This document shows positions 7,190 through 15,420 of a DNA stretch of 53,574 nucleotides, one piece after another. This stretch comes from Minisyncoccota bacterium (GTDB taxonomy: Bacteria; Patescibacteriota; Minisyncoccia; Phycocordibacterales; UBA9973), in assembly GCA_017991915.1 (NCBI GenBank), contig JAGOPQ010000002.1:1-53574 (forward strand), read 5' to 3'. The position numbers and the translations under genes are program-made. The notes under the pieces were generated by a model. The model worked only from the letters and a program-made list of their open reading frames with translations, was not told the origin of the DNA and did not search any database. Position 1 is the stretch's first letter. Each line of letters begins with the position of its first letter.

Positions 7190-8221
7190 ATGCAAACGAA
7201 AATCATTGAGCGTTATTTTTTCTTTTGGCTTTTATTGGCCACCCTTTTATTCACCTTCTTCATTTTTCGTCCATTCTTGATCATATTGATTTTGGGAGTG
7301 TCTTTTGCCATTGTTTTGTTTCCTATCAAAGAATGGCTTGATAGTAAAAGAATCCCCCCTTCCATATCTTCTATTTTAACTGTCATTTTCTTTATTTTGG
7401 TGTTCTGTGGTCCCCTCCTCGGCATAGGACTTTTGGTTTTTAATCAATCTCAAAACTTTTATCATGTGGTGGTAGACGGAGGCAACTCTGGACAATTCCT
7501 ATCTGGAATAAATAATTCTGTAAATAGAATTTTACCCGAAGGAATGACTTTTGATGCTCAACAAAAAGCTCTAGATTTCGTTTCTCTGGTTTCAAATAAC
7601 CTCACCACCATATTTAGCACTACCCTAGCTACGGTATTTTCTTTCTTGCTGACCTTGCTTACTATTTTCTATTTCTTGAAAGACGGAGCACAATGGCGCA
7701 AAGCCCTAGTCATCCTCTCTCCTTTGGCGGATGTGAATGATGAGAAAATAATTTCTAGACTTTCTATTGCAGTAAACGGCGTCATCAAGGGCTACCTACT
7801 AGTGGCCATCGCCCAAGGTTTGTTGATGGGCGTCGGACTTTCAATTTTCGGTGTTCCTTCTCCTGCGCTTTGGGGTGTGGTAGCTGCGGTAACTTCATTG
7901 ATCCCTACGATAGGCACAGCTCTGGTTTCCATACCAGCGATTCTTTTCCTTTTTGCCACAGGACAAAATTCTTCCGCGATTGGATTGATAGTATGGGCGA
8001 CATTTTTGGTGGGCATGATAGACAACTTCCTAAGTCCGCTATTTATCAGTAAGAAAGTAGACATACCTTCTCTTTTGATCATGTTCTCTGTGCTTGGTGG
8101 AATTTCTCTCTTTGGTCCAGTTGGAGTTTTGATAGGTCCACTTTCAGTCAGTCTGCTTTACACATTGATTTCGATTTACCGAGATGAGTTTAACAACAAT
8201 CAGTCAAATGCAACTATATAA
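7190..8221 (+). CDS. AI-2E family transporter (PerM-like permease)
   Basis: This is a multi-pass membrane protein with the family's central block (FYFLKDG...L.P......I...........GY......QG...G) and about 8 TM segments. The ATG at 7190 is preferred over the TTG at 7166. Confidence 0.8.
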   Translation: MQTKIIERYFFFWLLLATLLFTFFIFRPFLIILILGVSFAIVLFPIKEWLDSKRIPPSISSILTVIFFILVFCGPLLGIGLLVFNQSQNFYHVVVDGGNSGQFLSGINNSVNRILPEGMTFDAQQKALDFVSLVSNNLTTIFSTTLATVFSFLLTLLTIFYFLKDGAQWRKALVILSPLADVNDEKIISRLSIAVNGVIKGYLLVAIAQGLLMGVGLSIFGVPSPALWGVVAAVTSLIPTIGTALVSIPAILFLFATGQNSSAIGLIVWATFLVGMIDNFLSPLFISKKVDIPSLLIMFSVLGGISLFGPVGVLIGPLSVSLLYTLISIYRDEFNNNQSNATI

Positions 8222-9557
8222 CACGCTCTCTAGGGAAAAAGAAGAATTTGTACCACTCAAAAATAACGAAGTTACTTTTTATTCTTGTGGGCCTACTGTC
8301 TACAACTACCCCCATATAGGCAACTACCGGGCTTATATTTTTGCTGACACACTCAAGCGCGTGCTCAATTATTGCGGGTACAATGTGCACCACATCACCA
8401 ACCTCACTGATGTGGACGACAAGACTATTCGTGATTCTCAAAAAGAAGGAAAAAGTCTAAAAGAATTTACTGAATTTTATACAGCTGAATTTTATGAAGA
8501 TTTAAAATCTTTAAATATTTTGCCTCCAGAAAAATTCACCAAAGCCACTGACAACATCCCCGCCATGGTAGAGCTGATTGAGAAGTTGCTCGAGAAAGGT
8601 CTGGCTTACAAGAGCGAAGACGGCAGTGTGTATTTCAATATCAAGAAATTTAAAAATTACGGACAACTAGCCCATATAGTCCTAGATCAACAAAAAGAAA
8701 ATGCTGGCGGTAGAATCGTCACCGATGAATACGACAAAGACAATGTGCAAGATTTTGCGCTTTGGAAAGCTTGGGATGAAAAAGACGGAGATGTTTTTTG
8801 GGAGACTGGTCTCGGCAAGGGACGCCCAGGTTGGCACATCGAATGTTCAGCTATGAGTATGAAGTTTTTGGGTGAGCAGATAGATATCCATACTGGTGGA
8901 GTGGACTTGATATTTCCCCATCATGAAAATGAAATAGCTCAATCTGAAGGTGCGACTGAAAAACAATTTGTAAAATATTGGATGCACAACGAATGGGTTC
9001 TCGTGGATCAAAAAAAGATGGCCAAGTCTGCGCAAAATTTCTACACCTTGCGTGACCTAATGGAGAAAGGAATCAACCCCCTTGCTTATAGATTTTGGCT
9101 TTTGATGGCGAGCTATCGCACCCGAGTAAACTTCGTCTGGGAAGCCCTAGAAGGCGCAGAAACAGCCCTAAAACGCTTATATAACCTCTACAATGACCTT
9201 GGTGAGGCGGTGGGAACCCCAGTGCTCAAGTATCAAGAAAGCTTCAAGAAGTACGTACAAGATGACCTAGACACTCCACGTGGCTTGTCACTCCTTTGGG
9301 ATGTGCTCAAGGATGAACATATAGATAATGCAGACAAAAAAGCTACTATTTTAGATTTTGATAAAGTACTTGGTTTGGACTTTGTAAATTTAAAAGCTGA
9401 TGTGATTCCAGTAGAAGTTATGGAATTGGTTGCTCTACGTGAGCAAGCCCGAACGGATAAAGATTTTAAATTGTCTGATGAGATACGTGCAAAAATAAAT
9501 GCACTTGGCTATGAAGTCAAAGATACTGCCGATGGACAAAAAATATTAAAGATGTAA
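8208..9557 (+). CDS. cysS: Cysteine--tRNA ligase
   Basis: The protein begins MQLYNTLSREKEEF and has HIGNY, PGWHIECS and KMAKS motifs. The start at the internal ATG matches the canonical CysRS N-terminus. Confidence 0.93.
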   Translation: MQLYNTLSREKEEFVPLKNNEVTFYSCGPTVYNYPHIGNYRAYIFADTLKRVLNYCGYNVHHITNLTDVDDKTIRDSQKEGKSLKEFTEFYTAEFYEDLKSLNILPPEKFTKATDNIPAMVELIEKLLEKGLAYKSEDGSVYFNIKKFKNYGQLAHIVLDQQKENAGGRIVTDEYDKDNVQDFALWKAWDEKDGDVFWETGLGKGRPGWHIECSAMSMKFLGEQIDIHTGGVDLIFPHHENEIAQSEGATEKQFVKYWMHNEWVLVDQKKMAKSAQNFYTLRDLMEKGINPLAYRFWLLMASYRTRVNFVWEALEGAETALKRLYNLYNDLGEAVGTPVLKYQESFKKYVQDDLDTPRGLSLLWDVLKDEHIDNADKKATILDFDKVLGLDFVNLKADVIPVEVMELVALREQARTDKDFKLSDEIRAKINALGYEVKDTADGQKILKM

Positions 9558-9567
9558 TTATTGATAT

Positions 9568-10455
9568 ATGGTAAAAATAGTTATAAATTCAAATATTGAG
9601 AACGCAGATGTAGTTTTTGTGTCAGCTCCGTATGAAAAGACTGCATCAAGCCACAAAGGCACGGCGCATGGCCCGAGTGCTGTGATCGAACAACTTAATC
9701 ATCAGCTAGAATTCTTTGATAGAAAATTTAAGAAAGAAGTTATTGAGTATGTGAAGTCTGGACACTTAGACCTAGGAGATTTAAATGCGCTTACTCCCGT
9801 TGAGAATAATTTTAAAATTCAAAATGCCTGCAACGAATTAATAAAGGATGGTAAGTTCGTCTTTATGCTAGGTGGTGAGCATGCGGTCTCCGTGGGACAC
9901 TTCCAAGCTTTGGCAAAAAAGTACGAACCCAAAGATGTCACTATTTTACATATCGATGCACACTGCGATTTGCGCAATGACGACAGTGATTATAGTGAGA
10001 CCCCTTCTGACCTCGCCCACTCTACAGTCATGCGTCGGGCTAGTGAGCTTGGCTACAACTTGGTGCAGGTAGGTATTCGTACCTATTCAGTGGATGAATA
10101 TAATTATTTCAGTGACAAAAAGCACAATGTGACTGTCTTTGAATGGGGCAACGGTAAAAAAGTCCCAGCGATTTCTAAAATCATAAGTAGCATAAAAACA
10201 AAATATTTATTTATTTCAATAGATGTAGATGGATTCGACCCAGCACATATGCCGGGTACTGGTACTGCGGTTCAAGGCGGATTGGAGTGGTGGTATGGAA
10301 TCTCACTCATCGAACAAGCTATCGCTAAAAAGGAACTAATTGGAGCAGACATCGTAGAAGTTTCCCCTATTGCTGACTCTGTGCTCACCGAATACGGCGC
10401 AGCGCAACTTGCCTACACTATTATTGCGCAGAAATTTGCTGATAGGTTAAAATAA
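9568..10455 (+). CDS. Arginase/agmatinase-family ureohydrolase (probable agmatinase)
   Basis: Mn-binding signature blocks are present: GGEHAVS, HIDAHCDLR, SIDVDGFDP. Confidence 0.8.
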   Translation: MVKIVINSNIENADVVFVSAPYEKTASSHKGTAHGPSAVIEQLNHQLEFFDRKFKKEVIEYVKSGHLDLGDLNALTPVENNFKIQNACNELIKDGKFVFMLGGEHAVSVGHFQALAKKYEPKDVTILHIDAHCDLRNDDSDYSETPSDLAHSTVMRRASELGYNLVQVGIRTYSVDEYNYFSDKKHNVTVFEWGNGKKVPAISKIISSIKTKYLFISIDVDGFDPAHMPGTGTAVQGGLEWWYGISLIEQAIAKKELIGADIVEVSPIADSVLTEYGAAQLAYTIIAQKFADRLK

Positions 10456-11020
10456 TTTTCTTACGATATATAAAAGTAATTAAAGTTAGGTTGAGAAGGA
10501 TAAGATAAACTCCAAAAGAGTAAATCGAAAACCTCCAATCTTTTATAAACATCAATCCAATGCCGTTATTGATAACTCCAGGAATATAACCCAGAGAGGA
10601 TTCTGTTTCTGGGAATTTCCAAGATTTTATTAGTGTCGGAACTGCAGCTAGGGCATCAGATAATATTGCGAATAAAATAGAGATTTCAGTTCTTCTAGTT
10701 GTGATCCAAAAAATCAATGCCAAGGCAGACAAAATTCCACATACAACATCCAAGAGAGAAATTTTCCAGATTACATTGCGTTTGATTAAGGCTGTCACTA
10801 AAACCGGAATGCAAACAAAACCCGCCACAAGCACAGGTATTACAGACAAACCCGCCCCATCTTTTATTTGCAAAAAACCACCTATCACGGGAGCAAGAAA
10901 CCACAAAAACCACGAGACTAAATTGGGTTTGGTGTTTCCACGTATGATATCTCTCACATAAAAAGAAATACCCACAGAGCTGATTAATATTGGCAGGTAC
11001 GCTACTTGTTCCGGAATCAT
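10421..11020 (-). CDS. Polytopic membrane protein, function unknown
   Basis: The protein has about six hydrophobic helices and no recognisable catalytic motif. Its 3' end overlaps the convergent ureohydrolase gene by 35 nt. Confidence 0.55.
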   Translation of the reverse strand: MIPEQVAYLPILISSVGISFYVRDIIRGNTKPNLVSWFLWFLAPVIGGFLQIKDGAGLSVIPVLVAGFVCIPVLVTALIKRNVIWKISLLDVVCGILSALALIFWITTRRTEISILFAILSDALAAVPTLIKSWKFPETESSLGYIPGVINNGIGLMFIKDWRFSIYSFGVYLILLNLTLITFIYRKKIILTYQQISAQ

Positions 11021-11021
11021 A

Positions 11022-12104
11022 TTAGATTCCCTCCTTCTTGAGTTCTTCTATGAGCTCACGAGACTTGCGAGATATTTTAGTTGGAAGTTTTATATTGAGC
11101 TTGATCAAGATGTCTCCACGCTTGCTTCTGTCATGAGGTACACCCTTGCCTTTGACTCGCAAGATTTCATTTACTGTCACACCTTCTGGGATGCTGACTT
11201 CCATCTCACCATCTAGAGTTTCTATTTTGTATTTTGTGCCTAGGAGTGCATCGGAGAGTTTCAGGTTTAGGTTCATGACTAGATCATATCCATCACGTTT
11301 GAATACAGGGTGTGGAGCTACGTTTATTTTTATATACAAGTCTCCGGCAGTTCCTTTGAATACGGCTTCACCCATGCCAGTCATACGGATCATTTCACCG
11401 TCACGGATTCCAGCTGGAATAGCGATAGATATCTCTTCTTCGCGACGTAGCACGCCCTTGCCCTTACATTTATCGCAATGTTCTTTTGGCACTTCACCAG
11501 CACCGTGGCAGTCTTCGCAGACCTTGGTACTAGCGATGTTACCGAGTATGGTTCTCTTGGTTTCTCTGATTTGTCCTTGGCCGTTGCACTTTTTACAAGT
11601 TTCCATCTTGGTTCCGGATTTGGCGCCAGAGCCATGACAGGTCAAACATGAAGATGTTTTGGTAATTAAAATTTTTCTTTGTACTCCAAACACAGCATCA
11701 CTAAAAGATATTTGAATCTCAGTAGAGATGTCTCGGCCACGTCGAGGTTGATTTCCGCCCATACCACCGCCAAAGAAATCACTAAAAATGTCATTCAAAT
11801 TTCCAAAATCAAATTCTGCTCCACCGTTTTGAAATCCACTGAAGTCGAAACCACCAAAGCCTTGTCCGCCTTGGAATCCACCACCACCCATATTTTCAAA
11901 ACCAGCTCCGAACTGGTCGTATTTTGAACGCTTGCCGTCATCAGAAAGGACTTGGTAAGCCTCGTTTACCTCTTTAAATTTACCTTCGTCGCCCTCCTTC
12001 TTATCAGGATGGTATTTGTGCGCCAGCTTGTAAAAAGCCTTCTTTATCTCGTCTTTGGACGCGCCCTTATTTACACCCAGAATGTTGTAATAATCTTTAC
12101 TCAT
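11022..12104 (-). CDS. dnaJ: Molecular chaperone DnaJ
   Basis: The protein has a J-domain (YYNILGV...HPD), a G/F-rich linker and four CxxCxGxG zinc-finger repeats. Confidence 0.95.
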   Translation of the reverse strand: MSKDYYNILGVNKGASKDEIKKAFYKLAHKYHPDKKEGDEGKFKEVNEAYQVLSDDGKRSKYDQFGAGFENMGGGGFQGGQGFGGFDFSGFQNGGAEFDFGNLNDIFSDFFGGGMGGNQPRRGRDISTEIQISFSDAVFGVQRKILITKTSSCLTCHGSGAKSGTKMETCKKCNGQGQIRETKRTILGNIASTKVCEDCHGAGEVPKEHCDKCKGKGVLRREEEISIAIPAGIRDGEMIRMTGMGEAVFKGTAGDLYIKINVAPHPVFKRDGYDLVMNLNLKLSDALLGTKYKIETLDGEMEVSIPEGVTVNEILRVKGKGVPHDRSKRGDILIKLNIKLPTKISRKSRELIEELKKEGI

Positions 12105-12111
12105 AACTACT

Positions 12112-13575
12112 TTATATCATAGGTTCAGCTTCCTGTGAAGATTCGTCTATTTGTGTGCGTGACTTGCCTTCGATGATGGCTTTCTCTTCTGAACTTCGGA
12201 TGATTGTGGCTTCTTCTTCAGCTATCAACTGTGCTGCAGATTCTTTTGGAATAGAATATTTTCTGCGAGAAGCGGCTATGATTTCATCTCTATATGATGG
12301 ATGTGGTGGTGGTAATACTCGCAAAGTTTCTGCAGAGAATGGATCATACGACTCTCCATCTATTGTCATCTTGATATAAAATTCTGTCACCGCGAGGTTT
12401 ATCATATCCTTCACATCAAACAGCGGAGCGAATTCAGGCTTCAATTTTACTGCGTCTTCACCGCCGACACGGAAAGTAATAACTGAACCTACGTTTCCAA
12501 GTACAGCTTGGTGAACCTTGGGTATGATTTGCCCGACGTATTGGTGAGCGATGGTGAGATTTAGCCCGTATTTGCGAGCTTCGGACAATATGTTTTCAAA
12601 AGTTTGAGTGACTACGTTTTGGAACTCGTCCACATAGATGTAGAAATCTTTGCGTTCTTTTTCTGGTATGGCCGCGCGCTCCATGCCGGCTTGTTTGATC
12701 TTGGTCAAGAATATAGAGCCGAGGAAAGAAGAGTTTTCTTCACCAAGGCGACCCTTGGATAGGTTGATGAGGATTATTTTCTCTTCGTTCATCAACTTGC
12801 TGATATCAATTTTGTTTTCTTTCTGTCCGAATATGTTGCGTAGAAGTGGATCAGACAGGAATTGACCGAGTTTGTTTACTAGCGGGATGATTGCGTCAGT
12901 ATCGAATTTTTCAGACCAGTCCGCGAATTCAATGGCGAAGAATCTTTTCACCATGTCATCTTTGATGTACTCCACCACTTTCTGTCTGTAATTTCTATCA
13001 GTCAACATAGAAATCATTCCGCGCATTGTGGCGTGAGGATAGTCTAATAGAGCCAGACAGGTAAATCGAAAAACGTGCTCTAGGCGAGGAGTCCAGTTCG
13101 CTCCGAATTGTTTTTGGAAAACTTCGATGAGTCCTTGGGTCAATTGAAACTTGAACATTGGATCCACGTTGGCTAGTGGATTGAATGAAGCTGGGAAATC
13201 AATATCGGAGGGCTCAATAATACAGACATCCTCAATGCGTTCTTTAGGAACATAGTCCAATATTGCATCCACTACGTCACCGTGTGGGTCTATCAAACAA
13301 AGTCCATGCCCATAGGTGATGTCTTGGCGGATAAAAAGTTCTAGGAGTTTGGTTTTACCCACTCCAGACTTTCCGATGATGTACATGTGGCGACGTCGGT
13401 CTACGCGCTTTACGCCAAAAATAAATTTCTTCTCTTCTAGGGAGGCCACATAGTTTGTACGTCCAATAAAAGAAACCTCTTCGGGTTTTACTTTGCCGAA
13501 AACTGGAAGCTCTGGTGGTGGCGGACCGTATTTAATTATTTGAACTCGATTTGGTTTAGGCATTTGATTTTGCAA
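12112..13575 (-). CDS. P-loop ATPase of the VirD4/TraG/TrwB - HerA(DUF87)-like class (T4SS coupling-protein-like), paralog 1
   Basis: The protein has Walker A ([10 protein letters not shown]), CLIDPHGD and Walker B ([10 protein letters not shown]), then [14 protein letters not shown]. It is strongly similar to the ORF at 15421-17514. Confidence 0.75.
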   Translation of the reverse strand: MQNQMPKPNRVQIIKYGPPPPELPVFGKVKPEEVSFIGRTNYVASLEEKKFIFGVKRVDRRRHMYIIGKSGVGKTKLLELFIRQDITYGHGLCLIDPHGDVVDAILDYVPKERIEDVCIIEPSDIDFPASFNPLANVDPMFKFQLTQGLIEVFQKQFGANWTPRLEHVFRFTCLALLDYPHATMRGMISMLTDRNYRQKVVEYIKDDMVKRFFAIEFADWSEKFDTDAIIPLVNKLGQFLSDPLLRNIFGQKENKIDISKLMNEEKIILINLSKGRLGEENSSFLGSIFLTKIKQAGMERAAIPEKERKDFYIYVDEFQNVVTQTFENILSEARKYGLNLTIAHQYVGQIIPKVHQAVLGNVGSVITFRVGGEDAVKLKPEFAPLFDVKDMINLAVTEFYIKMTIDGESYDPFSAETLRVLPPPHPSYRDEIIAASRRKYSIPKESAAQLIAEEEATIIRSSEEKAIIEGKSRTQIDESSQEAEPMI

Positions 13576-13579
13576 ATCA

Positions 13580-13606
13580 CGTCGCGTAAGTCCTATAGGC
13601 GCGACG
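13580..13606 (-). other. Intercistronic GC hairpin between the Cys-rich gene and ATPase paralog 1
   Basis: The stem is cgtcgcg / cgcgacg (7 bp, 13-nt loop). No U-tract follows on the minus strand, so this is a possible processing or attenuation site. Confidence 0.3.
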
Positions 13607-13629
13607 CTACTCTTATTTTACCATACTAT

Positions 13630-15414
13630 CTAGTACACTTCTTGCTGGTAACATTTTTCGCAATAAACTATATCCTGTTTTTCGGTTGGAAATCCTGTTT
13701 TAAATTCCTCTCCGCAGTGCGTATCTCCATGGAAATGATTTACTTCGTTTTTATATTCCCCACTATCGTCAGTAGACCCAGCGCACATACATTTTCTATC
13801 GTATAGATTTATACCGAGGCGTAGTTTTAGGCGCTCCATTGTGCGACAAGCTGGACATAACGTTGGTAATGGTACACCAATTTTTCTGTAAAAATTTAAT
13901 TCATTTGGAAGAATTCGAAATGCCTTGGTGCACCCCTGATTGCAATTCATCTTATGCGCACATTCAAAAACCTCTTTAGTAATAGTATCTTCTACCCTTG
14001 AAATATCGTTTGGTATGTCTTCGGCTTTTATTGTTGGTTGGTAGTCCTTGGATTCCATATCCTTCCAGCGGTAACCTTGGGCCAGTGCTTCTTCTTTGGT
14101 TAATGGAAAATATTCCTGAGCTATAGTTTCATTGTATGCCCATGGGCTAAATTCACCTGGAAAAAATTCTCCATATTTATAGATTTTCCCAGTTTTGTCT
14201 ACATAGGGCATGGCATTCATGTGCGCAATGATTTTTGGAACTAGTTCATTGTATTCCTCTTTGGAATATTGTTTATTGAGTATGCAATATTGTTTTTTCT
14301 TTAGCCCAATACATCCAAAAATATTTTCTGAACCCCTGCAGGTCATAGTGTATTCAGTGTTGTGAGAAGATTCTTGAGTAAACCATGCAAATTTTAAATT
14401 ATTTACACCAGATCCACAGGAAATAGATTCATATACAAGTTCTGCTGCGTCTCCCCAATTGGAATAATCATAACAATCTTTTGATCCAGGAGTTTCTTGT
14501 AAATACTGGCAGTATCTACAATTTTCACTTTCACGAACCAAAAAGGAATCTTGAACATTTTTGGAATTTGTGACATATGAACCAGTAGAGTTTTCGTTCT
14601 TTACACCTTGGTGGTTTTTATTTGGAAACTTATTCCAAAATTCTTGTGAATCTGCCAATCCCTTTTCAATACCTTCTCTGGTGTGGAGTTGGTAAGCCTT
14701 AACCTTTTCATCGTATTCTTCTTTTGTGCATTTTTGGTTGAAAAAATAGTGACTTTTGTTTCGTAAATTTACTGACCCGAAGCAATCTAGACATCCTTGG
14801 CAGTCACGACAAAACCACAAGTCGCTGGACTCCACACATTGAGAAGAAAAATGAGTACGGTAACACCCTGAGACCCAGAAACTTTGGTAGCAGGACTGTG
14901 ACTTAGATACATGTGATACATCTACACAATCTTGTGTGGCATTGACGCTATTGGAATACATGCAATCCTCTGCGCCAGTTGAACCAAAAGTTAGGTAACA
15001 GTTTTTTGGGTCTGTGGCGTTGTTTACATATGGGCTACCTACTCCACGGATGACATTTACAGACTTGAAAGGAACTTCCAACATTAACTCATACATTTGG
15101 GTCAGAAACGGTTGGGACCAATCAATTTCTTTACCATAATCCATCGCATCCCATACATCTGAAATCCAAATATCTCTATCGTAGACCTTTACTGGTGACT
15201 CAGGGGCATACATAGAAAAAATTTCTTTTCCAGAATAATCGCATTTCCTTTTATAGAGTCCTCTTTCATTACGAAATAGCCAGCGTCGTTGAGCACGACA
15301 CATTGGGCAGAAAGTCGGTGGTGGAACTTTTACTTTTTCGTAGAAATTAAAATCTTCCGAATCTATCGTAAAGTCTTTTTTGCAATTCTGACAGTTTCTG
15401 GTTTCAGTATTCAT
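13630..15414 (-). CDS. Cys-rich protein bracketed by two copies of one zinc-ribbon module, function unknown
   Basis: I count 33 Cys in 594 aa. The N-terminal module is CQNCKKDFTIDSEDFNFYEKVKVPPPTFCPMCRAQRR..LYKRKC. The C-terminal module is CNQGCTKAFRILPNELNFYRKIGVPLPTLCPACRTMER..LYDRKC. The centre holds Cys spaced about 9-14 residues apart. Confidence 0.7.
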   Translation of the reverse strand: MNTETRNCQNCKKDFTIDSEDFNFYEKVKVPPPTFCPMCRAQRRWLFRNERGLYKRKCDYSGKEIFSMYAPESPVKVYDRDIWISDVWDAMDYGKEIDWSQPFLTQMYELMLEVPFKSVNVIRGVGSPYVNNATDPKNCYLTFGSTGAEDCMYSNSVNATQDCVDVSHVSKSQSCYQSFWVSGCYRTHFSSQCVESSDLWFCRDCQGCLDCFGSVNLRNKSHYFFNQKCTKEEYDEKVKAYQLHTREGIEKGLADSQEFWNKFPNKNHQGVKNENSTGSYVTNSKNVQDSFLVRESENCRYCQYLQETPGSKDCYDYSNWGDAAELVYESISCGSGVNNLKFAWFTQESSHNTEYTMTCRGSENIFGCIGLKKKQYCILNKQYSKEEYNELVPKIIAHMNAMPYVDKTGKIYKYGEFFPGEFSPWAYNETIAQEYFPLTKEEALAQGYRWKDMESKDYQPTIKAEDIPNDISRVEDTITKEVFECAHKMNCNQGCTKAFRILPNELNFYRKIGVPLPTLCPACRTMERLKLRLGINLYDRKCMCAGSTDDSGEYKNEVNHFHGDTHCGEEFKTGFPTEKQDIVYCEKCYQQEVY

Positions 15415-15420
15415 ATAAAT

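Noticed and set aside
7092-7280. Upstream-extended starts appear in the ORF track: 7166 (TTG) for the transporter, 8184 for cysS, 6560 for rplU and 45193 (TTG) for infB.
   Set aside because: Internal ATGs reproduce the canonical N-termini of the families. For rplU and the transporter, they also sit exactly 6-7 nt after a -10 box, and the extensions would include promoter sequence.
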